Shown here in pieces: positions 10,365 to 20,787 of a stretch of 64,000 nt of DNA; within the stretch, counting starts at the first letter, position 1; every line of letters starts with the position of its first letter. The DNA is from Hyphomicrobiales bacterium. Lineage in GTDB: Bacteria > Pseudomonadota > Alphaproteobacteria > Rhizobiales > Devosiaceae. The position numbers and the translations under genes were made by a program. The notes below the pieces were generated by a model, which worked only from the letters and a program-made list of their open reading frames with translations, did not search any database and was not told the DNA's origin. The stretch lies in the NCBI GenBank assembly GCA_015490455.1, contig WFXU01000024.1:13663-77662 (forward strand), written 5' to 3'.

Positions 10365-11165
10365 TCATCTATTATATATATCCATATTTAATTTATTAAT
10401 TGCCAGAACCAGATTAGCCACCTGTTCTCCATTACTAACGGCCATTTTGCCATTTTGAGTTAAATGATTATTTTCAAAACCGATCCTGCAATCAAAGCCC
10501 AATTTTACCCCTTCAATTAAACAATTTTGTTCATTTTGCCCAAAAGCGCAGAGCATAATTTTTGCCCTCTTACTAAATTTTGTCTTTTCCAACTCTTTAA
10601 TAAAGGGAATTAAATCTTTGGGGGAAGCGTCCATTTTTTTCTTATATCGCCCCAATACAAATAGGATAGAAATATTTTTGTCCGGTATAATCTTTTCCCT
10701 AATTAAACTATCTAAATATAATATTTCCTCTGGCGAATAAATTATATGTTGTAACTCTATTTGATTTTCATATGCCGACCAATAAAATTTTCTTTGCCTT
10801 TTTTCATTCTTATCACTTAACATTTCCCTTAAAGCAACGGAAACAGCCTTTGGCTTAACCTGCTCTACTATTTCACATTGCTCAGCCGGACTATAGCGGC
10901 CAAGCGATTCTGTTGTAATTTGCACCAGCATATCAGGCAATCTGATCGCTAATTCATCAATCAACTCCCTATATAACCCAGCATCAAGCACATGTTCTCC
11001 CCGCTTATTTCTGACATGAGCATGAATTGCATCAGCGCCCTGTTTTTTGCAGGAAATAGCGCATTTAACTATTTCGCTAATAGAAATTGGCAATTTTGGG
11101 TGATCTTTTTTACTCTTTCTTGCTCCATTTGGCGCAATCATTATTAGCGGTTTAATAGATTTCAT
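10365..11165 (-). CDS. BKACE family enzyme (3-keto-5-aminohexanoate cleavage enzyme-like, DUF849)
   Basis: 266 aa. The N-terminal MIAPNGARKSKKDHPKLPISISEIV ... DAIHAHVR pattern is typical of the BKACE TIM-barrel family. Confidence 0.7.
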   Translation of the reverse strand: MKSIKPLIMIAPNGARKSKKDHPKLPISISEIVKCAISCKKQGADAIHAHVRNKRGEHVLDAGLYRELIDELAIRLPDMLVQITTESLGRYSPAEQCEIVEQVKPKAVSVALREMLSDKNEKRQRKFYWSAYENQIELQHIIYSPEEILYLDSLIREKIIPDKNISILFVLGRYKKKMDASPKDLIPFIKELEKTKFSKRAKIMLCAFGQNEQNCLIEGVKLGFDCRIGFENNHLTQNGKMAVSNGEQVANLVLAINKLNMDIYNR

Positions 11166-12508
11166 AAAACACCAATTTTCTCCAGTGAACTATTTATAGC
11201 CCTATCAAGCCTATCAATAATTATCTCAATATGTTCTTCATTGATAATGAAGGGTGGGGCTAATAAAATATGATCCCCAATCTTACCATCAACAGTCCCA
11301 CCAAATGGATAGCAAACCATTCCCTCTTGCATAGCGGCTGCTTTAATTATCTTATTAAGGCCTAAACTAGGGTCAAAAGGCTCTTTACTTTCTCTATTTG
11401 CAACCAGTTCTAACCCCCAAAATAGCCCCCTACCCCTAATATTTCCAATATAGGGATGTTGTGCAAATTTCTCATTGAGCGCTGCGTATAATTTTGCACC
11501 CATCTTTTTTACATTATCAAGCAAATTATTATGTTCAATCTCCTCTATGACCGCCAAAGCTGTCGCAGCGGCAACGGGGTGCCCCATATATGTATGTCCG
11601 TGCTGGAAAAAACCGCTACCTTTTCTTATTGCCTGATAAATCTTATCTGAACTTATCATCGCCCCAATTGGCTGAACTCCAGCCCCTAACCCTTTGGCAA
11701 GAGTGACAATATCAGGAACAATATCCTCTTGTTCGCTGGCAAAAAATGTTCCCGTTCTACCCGCCCCGCACATAACTTCATCAAATATTAATAATATTCC
11801 ATATTTATCACAAATTTGGCGAATACGCCTAAAATATCCCCTAACTGCCGGCACTGCCCCCATTGTCGCCCCAACTATAGGCTCGGCAAAAAAGCCAACC
11901 ACATTCTCAGCCCCTAATTGCAATATTTTTTCCTCAAGCTGGTTGGCTACCCTCTGACCATAATCATATTCGCTTTCTCCCTTTCTGGCAAAACGCCAAT
12001 AATGACAAGCATCAATCTGGAACATATTAGCAGAAAGTAACGGTTCAAACTGTGCTCTTCGCCATCTATTACCTCCCGTTGCCAAAGCCCCAAGCGTATT
12101 GCCATGATAGCTTTGCCAGCGTGAAATAATATATTTTCTTTCCGGCTCTCCTATTTCCAAAAAATATTGCCTGGCTAATTTAATTGCTGCTTCTACCGCC
12201 TCAGAGCCTCCCGAAACTAAATAAATTCTATTAAGCTCTTTGGGCGCTAAAGAAGCCAATTTATCGGCTAATTTTTCTGCTGCATCAGAAGTAAAAAAAC
12301 CAGTATGGGCATAGGCTATTTTGTCAAGCTGAGCTTTGGCGGCATTGATTACATATTGGTTTGAATGCCCAAGCGAAGAAACTGCCGCCCCACCAGAAGC
12401 ATCAATATAATATTTGCCATCACTATCAATTAACCAAACCCCATCGCCCCCACTAATTGTGGGCAAATCCGCACCTATTTGGCGGGCAAAAATATAACTA
12501 TCTTTCAT
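11162..12508 (-). CDS. Class III (omega) PLP-dependent aminotransferase
   Basis: 448 aa with SGGSEAVE, DEVMCGAGRTG and the PLP-lysine context TLAKGLG. ATGA overlap with the BKACE gene. Confidence 0.85.
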   Translation of the reverse strand: MKDSYIFARQIGADLPTISGGDGVWLIDSDGKYYIDASGGAAVSSLGHSNQYVINAAKAQLDKIAYAHTGFFTSDAAEKLADKLASLAPKELNRIYLVSGGSEAVEAAIKLARQYFLEIGEPERKYIISRWQSYHGNTLGALATGGNRWRRAQFEPLLSANMFQIDACHYWRFARKGESEYDYGQRVANQLEEKILQLGAENVVGFFAEPIVGATMGAVPAVRGYFRRIRQICDKYGILLIFDEVMCGAGRTGTFFASEQEDIVPDIVTLAKGLGAGVQPIGAMISSDKIYQAIRKGSGFFQHGHTYMGHPVAAATALAVIEEIEHNNLLDNVKKMGAKLYAALNEKFAQHPYIGNIRGRGLFWGLELVANRESKEPFDPSLGLNKIIKAAAMQEGMVCYPFGGTVDGKIGDHILLAPPFIINEEHIEIIIDRLDRAINSSLEKIGVL

Positions 12509-12514
12509 AAAACT

Positions 12515-12949
12515 CTACTGATCACGAATTACATATACTGACTGTTTTGCGTGGCGCACAACACGCGCGGCGTTTGGGCCAAGCAGATAATCTTTAAGAT
12601 CCGGACGATGTGCTTCCATAATAATTAGCGAGCAACCTAATTTATCAGCCGTATTGATAATTTCATCATAAATAGAACCTTTTACAACTATTCGCTTAAT
12701 TTTTTCCGGATGTTTAGCATAGGTCTCAACTTCTTTTTTTAAGGCCTCTTTAGCTTCCTCAAAATGTTTTTCTTCAAAATCCTCAGGAAAATAACCTCCA
12801 ACAATCGGCATTGAAAAAGTAGGAACAACAGTCATAATATGTAAAGTTGCGCCATCATTTTCCGCCAATTTCTCAGCTATCTCAATAGCCCGTTTATTAG
12901 AGCCCGATTTTTCACTAATATCAATCGCTAACATATAATCATTTGACAT
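12515..12949 (-). CDS. Universal stress protein (UspA family)
   Basis: 144 aa with an alpha/beta USP-like pattern and a C-terminal GPNAARVVRHAKQSVYVI motif. Confidence 0.7.
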   Translation of the reverse strand: MSNDYMLAIDISEKSGSNKRAIEIAEKLAENDGATLHIMTVVPTFSMPIVGGYFPEDFEEKHFEEAKEALKKEVETYAKHPEKIKRIVVKGSIYDEIINTADKLGCSLIIMEAHRPDLKDYLLGPNAARVVRHAKQSVYVIRDQ

Positions 12950-15614
12950 TGGCTTTCCCCCAAAATGCCGGCACTGTCTGACGGCGCCGTTGGAAAATTA
13001 CAACCACACCTAATAATAATAGAGCCGGAATATAGAATAACTCTTTAGGCATGCGTTCTGCTGGTATTTTAACCTCAGCAATTACAACAGGTTCATCACC
13101 ATAAAAATCAAACCCGCCAAGTTTTTTGGCATAAGTTGAACCTGGAAATGGCTCATCAAGTAACACTTTGCCATCTTCAACCATTATCATCAAACCTACT
13201 TCATCTAGACGACTAACACCGTCCCCTTCACCTTCAATCGGCAAAATGATAGTTTTGCTCGTAATTTGCGCAGTGTCAAAATCAGGTCCACTAACGACTA
13301 ATCGCATATCTGTGCCCGCTGGAGCTGCACCTATTGTTTCCTCAATTTGAACAGGGTCAGTCTTTATATATGGATCCTGCACCAAATCCAAAAAGAAGCC
13401 CGGACGGAATAACATAAATGCAATAAAAATTAGCATTAGCGATTCCCATAATCTAGATTTGGCAATGAAATATCCTTGTGTTCCCGCAGCAAATAATAAC
13501 ATTGCAAATGTTGCAATGATAAATATGAATATGCCCTGCATTAAGCTGACATCTAATAATAATAGGTCCGTATTAAAAATAAATAAGAAGGGCAGAGCCA
13601 CTGTCCTTAAAGAATAAAAGAAGGCAACAAAACCCGTCCTTATTGGATCTCCCCCCGAAACAGCCGCCGCCGCGAAGGAAGCCAGACCAACGGGGGGCGT
13701 AACATCGGCCATTATGCCAAAATAAAATACGAATAAGTGCACCGCTATGAGTGGCACAATAAGGCCATTAGCCGCCCCAAGCTCAACCACAACACCTGCC
13801 ATTAAAGAAGATACAACAATATAATTGGCAGTTGTTGGCAGCCCCATGCCCAAAATAAGACTTAAAATACCAACAAAAACAAGCATTAAGATGAGATTGC
13901 CACCTGAAACAAATTCAACTAATTCGGCCATAACTTGACCAACACCGGTAAGAGTAACCGTGCCAACAATTATGCCCGCAGTGGCCGTTGCAATGCCAAT
14001 ACCAATCATATTGCGTGATCCAGCAATCATGCCTTCAATAAGGTCCATAAAGCCACTTTTTATTTCGGCCATATAGTTCCCTGATTTTCTGAAAAAAGCC
14101 TTTAAGGGCTTTTGAGTCAGCAAAATAAAGATTAATAATGTAGAAGCCCAAAATGCTGATAGTCCGGGAGATTTTCTCTCTATCATCAAAAACCAAACCA
14201 GAACTACAATTGGCAATAAATATTGCAAACCAGTAGTTTTAACATCGTCATAAACGGGTAATTCAACTATCTCGGCATTTGGATCGTCCATTTCCAGATC
14301 GTCTTTTTTCGCGGCAATCTTTATTAAAACAATATAAATAGCTAGCAAAAACGCAACCAAAATTGGCGCCGCTGCCTCTCCAAATATATCTCTTGTCCAG
14401 CCTATGCCGTAATAAATGCCAAAGGCCAAAGCACCAAATATGGCAAAGCCCAAAAATGTTGATAATAAACTTTGTAAAAGAGTCTTAGCCTTAGTGACAG
14501 GCTTAGGCAATGCCTTCATTCCCTGTTTTAGTGCCTCTAAATGCACAATATACAAAAGGGCAATATAGGATATAGCAGCGGGTAGAAAAGCGGCTTTAAT
14601 GACTTCAACATAGGGAATACCGACATATTCAACCATTAAAAATGCTGCCGCGCCCATAACTGGTGGCATTAGCTGACCATTTACCGAAGAAGCAACCTCA
14701 ACCGAACCTGCTTGTTCGGCACTAAAACCAACACGTTTCATCAGCGGTATGGTAAATGTTCCGGTGGTAACCACATTTGCAATGGAAGAGCCGGAAATAA
14801 GACCTGTCATGGCAGAGCCGGCAACCGCCGCTTTGGCCGGACCACCCCTTAAGTGACCCAATAATGAAAATGCTATTTTAATAAAATAATTTCCAGCACC
14901 CGCCTTATCAAGCAAAGAGCCAAATAAAACAAACAAAAATACAAAACTAGCCGAAACCCCGAGTGCAATACCAAACACGCCTTCAGTAGTCAGCCACATA
15001 TGGCTCATAGTTTTAGAAAAACTGGCGCCCTTCCATTTTATCACATCGGGAATAAAATCTTGCGAACCGAAAAACACATATATCATAAAAACAATAGCAA
15101 CTATTGCTAAGGCCGGACCTAATGCCCGTCTTGTTGCCTCCAGCAATATGACCATTCCAACCCCAGCCATGATTAGTTGATATGTCTCCGGAATTCCTTG
15201 TGAACCGGTATTTGCTAATGTCTCATAAGCATAAAATGCGTAGCCAGCGCATATAGCGCCAACAATCCCAAACACCCAATCACTAATGGGAATTTTTGTG
15301 CGTGAAGAATTCTTAAAAGCAGGATAGACCATAAAGGCCAAAAATATTGCAATGGCTAAATGAAATGAGCGGGTTTGCGTATCATTTAATACGGGTATGA
15401 AAGAACTAAAAAATGGGGTAAAGGGCAAAGGAGAAGCTATCCAAAGCTGAAAACTAGCCCAAACCAAAGCGACTCCGGCAATAAGTTTGCCAACTGGGCC
15501 TATTGGATTTCTGGCGCCAGAATCAGTTGAGGCAACCAACTCTTCTAATTCTTCATCAGTTAACTGGCGCTTTTCCTGCTCGCTATCCTTGACCATCTTT
15601 CCCCCCAAAAACAT
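12939..15614 (-). CDS. TRAP transporter fused permease, TAXI-associated type
   Basis: 891 aa and highly polytopic. It is adjacent to a TAXI-type binding protein. An alternative start is Met7 at 15596. Confidence 0.85.
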   Translation of the reverse strand: MFLGGKMVKDSEQEKRQLTDEELEELVASTDSGARNPIGPVGKLIAGVALVWASFQLWIASPLPFTPFFSSFIPVLNDTQTRSFHLAIAIFLAFMVYPAFKNSSRTKIPISDWVFGIVGAICAGYAFYAYETLANTGSQGIPETYQLIMAGVGMVILLEATRRALGPALAIVAIVFMIYVFFGSQDFIPDVIKWKGASFSKTMSHMWLTTEGVFGIALGVSASFVFLFVLFGSLLDKAGAGNYFIKIAFSLLGHLRGGPAKAAVAGSAMTGLISGSSIANVVTTGTFTIPLMKRVGFSAEQAGSVEVASSVNGQLMPPVMGAAAFLMVEYVGIPYVEVIKAAFLPAAISYIALLYIVHLEALKQGMKALPKPVTKAKTLLQSLLSTFLGFAIFGALAFGIYYGIGWTRDIFGEAAAPILVAFLLAIYIVLIKIAAKKDDLEMDDPNAEIVELPVYDDVKTTGLQYLLPIVVLVWFLMIERKSPGLSAFWASTLLIFILLTQKPLKAFFRKSGNYMAEIKSGFMDLIEGMIAGSRNMIGIGIATATAGIIVGTVTLTGVGQVMAELVEFVSGGNLILMLVFVGILSLILGMGLPTTANYIVVSSLMAGVVVELGAANGLIVPLIAVHLFVFYFGIMADVTPPVGLASFAAAAVSGGDPIRTGFVAFFYSLRTVALPFLFIFNTDLLLLDVSLMQGIFIFIIATFAMLLFAAGTQGYFIAKSRLWESLMLIFIAFMLFRPGFFLDLVQDPYIKTDPVQIEETIGAAPAGTDMRLVVSGPDFDTAQITSKTIILPIEGEGDGVSRLDEVGLMIMVEDGKVLLDEPFPGSTYAKKLGGFDFYGDEPVVIAEVKIPAERMPKELFYIPALLLLGVVVIFQRRRQTVPAFWGKANVK

Positions 15615-15705
15615 GTTACTATATTATATTTATATGGATATTTCCTATATATAATGCGTAGGGCAATGGCACAAATTAAGCGCCATTACCACGGTTGAAC
15701 CAAAA

Positions 15706-16671
15706 TTAGTCTAGACCATTTTCGGCATAATATTTTGCTGCACCAGGATGGATAGGTGCGCTTAAACCATCTTTTGCCATTTGTTTTGGATCAAGATTGG
15801 CAAAAGCTGGGTGTAGTTTACGGAATGCATCAATATTGTCAAACACAGCTTTAACTACAGTATAAACAACTTCGTCAGAAACAGCAGTTGAAGATACAAA
15901 TGTTGCACCAACACCGAATGTTTCAACATCATCTGGATTTCCACGATACATTCCACCTGGAATTACCGCTTTACGGTAATATGGGTTCTCTGCGACTAAT
16001 TTATCAATCGCCTCTCCTGTCACAGGAACAAGAACTGTATCGCATGATGTTGTTGCTTCAGAAATTGAGCCAGATGGGTGCCCAACTGTAAACACCATTG
16101 CATCAATTTTATTATCGCAAAGTGCTTGAGATTGTTCAGATGATTTTAACTCAGATGCTAGAGCAAAATCGTCATTTGTCCAGCCAAGCGCTTCCATAAC
16201 AACTTCCATTGTGCCGCGCTGACCTGAACCCGGATTACCAATATTAACCCGTTTTCCTTTAAGGTCTGCGAAAGTTTTAATTCCGGAATCAGCCCGCGCT
16301 ACAACAGTAAATGGCTCTGCATGGACTGAAAATACTGCACGCAAATCTTTGAATGGACCCTGATCCTTAAATTTAGAAGTTCCATTATAGGCGTGATATT
16401 GCCAGTCGGATTGGGCAACACCAAATTCAAGTTCGCCTGCACGAATTGCGTTAATATTATAAACAGAACCACCTGTTGATTCTACAGCACAACGTATGCC
16501 ATGTTCTTTGCGCCCTTTATTAACAAGGCGACAAATAGCGCCACCTGTTGGATAATAAACGCCCGTAACACCACCAGTGCCTATAGAGATAAATTGTTGC
16601 TGCGCCGAAGCAGCAAAGCTCAATCCACTCATAGCCACTGCGGCTACGGCTCCAATAATAAATTTTTTCAT
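15706..16671 (-). CDS. TAXI-family TRAP transporter solute-binding protein
   Basis: 321 aa with a signal peptide, [17 protein letters not shown] and C-terminal HPGAAKYY motifs. Confidence 0.85.
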   Translation of the reverse strand: MKKFIIGAVAAVAMSGLSFAASAQQQFISIGTGGVTGVYYPTGGAICRLVNKGRKEHGIRCAVESTGGSVYNINAIRAGELEFGVAQSDWQYHAYNGTSKFKDQGPFKDLRAVFSVHAEPFTVVARADSGIKTFADLKGKRVNIGNPGSGQRGTMEVVMEALGWTNDDFALASELKSSEQSQALCDNKIDAMVFTVGHPSGSISEATTSCDTVLVPVTGEAIDKLVAENPYYRKAVIPGGMYRGNPDDVETFGVGATFVSSTAVSDEVVYTVVKAVFDNIDAFRKLHPAFANLDPKQMAKDGLSAPIHPGAAKYYAENGLD

Positions 16672-16851
16672 TAATTTCCTCCTAATTAAAATACACCATT
16701 ATGATTATATGATTTGGCGTAGCCAATTCAGCGCATCAGCGCGCCGAACTGTCAAGTATTTTAGAACATTTTTTTGGGAAAAAATAAGGAAAAAAAGAAA
16801 AATTTTACTTTTAGAGCAAAAATAGCGGGTAATTTTGTGCTAATGGTTAAT

Positions 16852-17841
16852 TTAGTTAGCCCTATTATAGAGTTTTGCTAAAATTTCCACTTCCTCTTTA
16901 GAGCCAAGAATTACCGGTACCAGCTGGTGCAAATTTGTAGCCACTACATCCTTAATTGCAATTTTAGACGAAATCGCTTTACCGCCGGCATTTTCCACCA
17001 ACATAGCCATAGGATTGGCCTCATATAAAAAGCGCAATTTACCATTTTCGCTACCCGGTTTTTTAAGCGCTGGATAAATAAAAATACCCCCATTCATAAA
17101 TATTCTATAAACATCTGCAACCATTGAACCAGCCCAGCGCATATTAAATCGCTTTTTTCTAATTCCATTTTCTCCGGCTAAACAATCAGCAATATATGTT
17201 TTTATCGCCTCATCCCAAAATTGCTGATAGGACATATTAATGGCAAATTCATTGCTCTGTTCTGGAATTTTAATATTATTCCTTACCAGCAAAAATTGCT
17301 GACTCATTTCATCAAACGCAAATAGAGCTACATTTTTTCCTACCGTAAGCACAAACAAACAAGCCGGACCATAAAGAATAAATCCGGCTGCGCGCTGATT
17401 TTTACTAGCCTTTAATATTTGGCTTTCCTTAATATGTAAATCAGTTTCATTTAGCTGCAATATTGAAAAAATTGTGCCAATAGTCGCATTTACATCAATA
17501 TTGGAAGAGCCATCAAGCGGATCAAAACAAACAACCAAATCAGCTTCTTGCAAATGTGGATTTTGAATAATCTCATCCATCTCTTCAGAAACCATTGCTG
17601 CGATTGAATTTAGCTTGCTTAATTGTTCAACGATTATATCATTGCTAATTATATCAAGTTTTTTTTGTTTTTCTCCATGTTTATTTTGCGAATCACTATA
17701 TCCGGTTAATTCTCTTAAAGGCGCTTGCCTCACAATTTCAGCTATTTTAACCGCCGAAAAAGCTATATTTTCTATAATATCAGAAAGATTTTTTTCTATC
17801 TTATTTTCAGCCAACCAGCCAGTTAAATCTTTATTTTGCAA
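16852..17841 (-). CDS. fbp: Fructose-1,6-bisphosphatase class 1
   Basis: 329 aa. Metal-site motif DPLDGSSNID and GKLRFLYEANPMA. Confidence 0.9.
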   Translation of the reverse strand: MQNKDLTGWLAENKIEKNLSDIIENIAFSAVKIAEIVRQAPLRELTGYSDSQNKHGEKQKKLDIISNDIIVEQLSKLNSIAAMVSEEMDEIIQNPHLQEADLVVCFDPLDGSSNIDVNATIGTIFSILQLNETDLHIKESQILKASKNQRAAGFILYGPACLFVLTVGKNVALFAFDEMSQQFLLVRNNIKIPEQSNEFAINMSYQQFWDEAIKTYIADCLAGENGIRKKRFNMRWAGSMVADVYRIFMNGGIFIYPALKKPGSENGKLRFLYEANPMAMLVENAGGKAISSKIAIKDVVATNLHQLVPVILGSKEEVEILAKLYNRAN

Positions 17842-17877
17842 TCTGTTTAACCCATTATTTTAGATTTAGATTATAGT

Positions 17878-18936
17878 CTATTTTGCCTTATATACACCAT
17901 TGGCATAGCGATCTGCCATTGCGCTTAATGAGACGGGCTTAATCTTGTCAGCCATTCCAGCGCAGCCAAATCTCTCAAAACGTTCAACACATAATTCGCT
18001 TGCCCGCTCACGCGCAGAAGATAAAATTGCTCTTACGTCAAAGGAAGATTTATTTTCCTCTAAAAATTTTCTTATAGAACCGGTCATAGCCATACGAATA
18101 TCGGTATCAATATTTACTTTTCTTACGCCAGATTTTATACCGCGTTCAACCTCCTCTAATGGCACTCCAAATGTTTTTGGAATAAGACCACCATATTCAT
18201 TTATGAGCTGCTGTAATTCCTCCGGAACACTGGAAGCTCCGTGCATAACTAAATGAGTATTAGGTAATTTTTCGTGGATTTTTTCAATAACATCCATTGC
18301 TAAAATATCGCCACTAGGACGACGACTAAATTTATAGGCCCCATGCGAGGTTCCAACTGCAACGGCTAAAGCGTCAATATTTGTATCTTTAACAAAACGG
18401 GCGGCTTCATCAGGATCTGTAAGTAACATATTTTTTTCTAATTTTCCTTCAAAACCGTGCCCATCTTCCTTTTCGCCCTCTCCGGTTTCTAACGAACCCA
18501 AAACACCAATTTCACCCTCAACAGAAACACCGCGCGCATGGGCAAGTTCAACCACATTTGCTGTAACTTCAACATTATAATCATAGTCTGATGGAGTTTT
18601 ACAATCGGCTAATAATGATCCATCCATCATGACAGAAGAAAAGCCAATATCCATTGCCGAAACGCAACAATTTACGTCATTTCCATGATCTAAATGTAAA
18701 CATATTGGCAAATGGGGATAGCGCTCTATTGCCCCCAAAAATAAATTTTTTAACAAAATATCATCAATATATTTTCTTGCCGAACGCGACGCTTGTATTA
18801 ATACCGGAGAATTTGTTTTATCGGCTGCCTGTAATACTGCCTGTAAAGTTTCAAGATTAGTAATATTGAAGGCGGGCATTCCATAGGAATTTTCAGCGGC
18901 GTGATCTAATAATTGACGAAGTGTGATTAGGGACAT
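17878..18936 (-). CDS. fba: Fructose-bisphosphate aldolase class II
   Basis: SLITLRQLLDHA N-terminus, HLDHG and MHGASS motifs. I chose the ATG at 18936, which is preceded by GGAGAG; the track ORF starts at a TTG at 18948. Confidence 0.9.
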   Translation of the reverse strand: MSLITLRQLLDHAAENSYGMPAFNITNLETLQAVLQAADKTNSPVLIQASRSARKYIDDILLKNLFLGAIERYPHLPICLHLDHGNDVNCCVSAMDIGFSSVMMDGSLLADCKTPSDYDYNVEVTANVVELAHARGVSVEGEIGVLGSLETGEGEKEDGHGFEGKLEKNMLLTDPDEAARFVKDTNIDALAVAVGTSHGAYKFSRRPSGDILAMDVIEKIHEKLPNTHLVMHGASSVPEELQQLINEYGGLIPKTFGVPLEEVERGIKSGVRKVNIDTDIRMAMTGSIRKFLEENKSSFDVRAILSSARERASELCVERFERFGCAGMADKIKPVSLSAMADRYANGVYKAK

Positions 18937-18950
18937 TTTTCTCTCCAATT

Positions 18951-20558
18951 CTAAGCAACTTTACGCCTTTTAGGACTACCAATAGCAAAATCGCTATTTT
19001 CTAATCCTAATTTAACAAAATTATCGGTAAATAGCTGTGCCAATCTATTTGCCAGCTCATCATAGGCTTTTTCATCATTCCAGGTTGAGCGCGGATTTAA
19101 TATTTTGGGGTCAATTCCGTTAATTTCTAAGGGAACTTTTAGGCCAAAATATTCATCATAGCGATATTCAACATTATCTAACTCACCACTTAGGGCCGCT
19201 TCTAACATTGTTCTGGTATCTTTTATTGCCATACGTTTGCCAACTCCATAAGAGCCGCCGCTCCATCCAGTATTGAGCAACCAGCAATTAGCCCCGCTTT
19301 TTTCCAACCTTTCTTGCAATAATTTTCCATAAATTGTTGGCATGCGCGACATAAAGGGCGCACCAAAACATGTTGAAAAAGTAGCTTGCGGCTCGGTTAC
19401 TCCACGTTCGGTTCCGGCAACTTTTGCTGTATAGCCAGAAAGGAAATAATAGGCTGCTTGCTCTTTAGTTAAGCGAGCAATGGGCGGCAATACGCCAAAA
19501 GCATCTGCTGTAAGCAGAACGACATTTTTTGGCGTCGGGGCAATTCCGCTTTCTACCCTGTTAGCTATCGCATTTAATGGGTAAGCAATGCGGGTATTTT
19601 CAGTAAGACTATCATCACTATAATCAGGCTCGCCAGTCTGCTCATTTATGATTACATTTTCTAATATGGCGCCATCATATTGAGCAGCGGCATAAATTTC
19701 CGGTTCGGACTCCTTACTTAAATTTATTGCTTTAGCGTAACAGCCGCCTTCTAGATTAAAAATACCATCTTTGCTCCAACCATGTTCATCATCGCCAACT
19801 AAAGCGCGATCAGCAGAAGCTGAAAGAGTTGTTTTTCCGGTTCCTGAAAGACCAAAAAATAATGTACTATCACCATTTTTCCCTATATTTGCCGAACAAT
19901 GCATCGGGAAAATATCATCATCTGGGGCGTGATAGTTAAATAAGGAAAATACGGATTTTTTAATCTCGCCAGCATATTGTGTGCCGCAAATTACCACAAT
20001 ATTACGAGAAAAATCCAAAGCAATACATGTCTCGCTCTTACAGCCATGTATATCTGGTGAAGCCAAAAAGTCAGGTGCATGCACAATGGTTACATTGCCT
20101 GAAAATTTCTTTAATTCAGACTGTCTTGGCCTAATGAGCAAATTACGAATAAATAAAGCGTGCCAGGCGCTGGGAGTAAAAACCTCAACATTATAACGAT
20201 AATTTGCATCTGCACCGGCAAATAATTGTTGCACAAAAATATGCTGTCCTTCTAAATGCTTCAGCGCGTCGCTTAACAAGCGATTAAAATTATCCCTTTG
20301 CATGGAATTTGTATTATCCCACCATACTTTATCTATGGTTTCTTCATCTTTTACAATAAATTTATCTCCAGCTGAACGGCCGGTAAATTTCCCGGTTGTA
20401 ACGACAAGTGCACCGCTTGATAGCTGCCTTACACCCTGTTTTTTTGCATAGCCAATAAGCGACGAAGTCACATTATTTTCATAAACTCTTGCAGCATTTT
20501 GTTTGATTGATGCAGCTACAACACCATTATTAAATAACGCACTCATAATAATTTCCAT
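18951..20558 (-). CDS. pckA: Phosphoenolpyruvate carboxykinase (ATP)
   Basis: 535 aa with the kinase-1a loop GLSGTGKTT and typical PckA length. Met5 at 20546 is an alternative start. Confidence 0.95.
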   Translation of the reverse strand: MEIIMSALFNNGVVAASIKQNAARVYENNVTSSLIGYAKKQGVRQLSSGALVVTTGKFTGRSAGDKFIVKDEETIDKVWWDNTNSMQRDNFNRLLSDALKHLEGQHIFVQQLFAGADANYRYNVEVFTPSAWHALFIRNLLIRPRQSELKKFSGNVTIVHAPDFLASPDIHGCKSETCIALDFSRNIVVICGTQYAGEIKKSVFSLFNYHAPDDDIFPMHCSANIGKNGDSTLFFGLSGTGKTTLSASADRALVGDDEHGWSKDGIFNLEGGCYAKAINLSKESEPEIYAAAQYDGAILENVIINEQTGEPDYSDDSLTENTRIAYPLNAIANRVESGIAPTPKNVVLLTADAFGVLPPIARLTKEQAAYYFLSGYTAKVAGTERGVTEPQATFSTCFGAPFMSRMPTIYGKLLQERLEKSGANCWLLNTGWSGGSYGVGKRMAIKDTRTMLEAALSGELDNVEYRYDEYFGLKVPLEINGIDPKILNPRSTWNDEKAYDELANRLAQLFTDNFVKLGLENSDFAIGSPKRRKVA

Positions 20559-20650
20559 TTTGAGATTTGATTAGAATTTTTAGAATTAGCCTTTCTGATT
20601 TACCAACTCCCACCAGCCAATTTACCTCTTTTGATTTATTTACTCAATTA

Positions 20651-20743
20651 TCCTCTCTGCCCTCTTTATCCTCTACCTCTTTACCTTCCTCTGCCCCCTT
20701 GTCTTTCCTCGCCCCCTCTCTTCCTCTACCCCTTTTCTGCCCC
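20651..20743. repeat. Polypyrimidine (plus) / polypurine (minus) tract with reiterated CTCTRCCC motifs and four C4-5 runs
   Basis: About 90 nt are almost purine-free on the plus strand. C-runs lie at 20694-98, 20712-16, 20729-32 and 20740-43. Confidence 0.8.
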
Positions 20744-20744
20744 A

Positions 20745-20760
20745 TTGCATGCGTATGCAA
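20745..20760. promoter_or_regulatory. Candidate LacI-family operator, imperfect palindrome TTGCATGCGTATGCAA
   Basis: 16-mer one mismatched pair from dyad symmetry. It lies upstream of pckA, just downstream of the LacI-type gene. Confidence 0.45.
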
Positions 20761-20787
20761 AAGTTAGCGCAGACTAAATAGCGGGTT

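Noticed and set aside
20567-20767. 66-aa Ser/Leu/Pro-rich ORF upstream of pckA
   Set aside because: It is simply the translation of the polypyrimidine tract. It has no RBS, and low-complexity composition dictated by the repeat.
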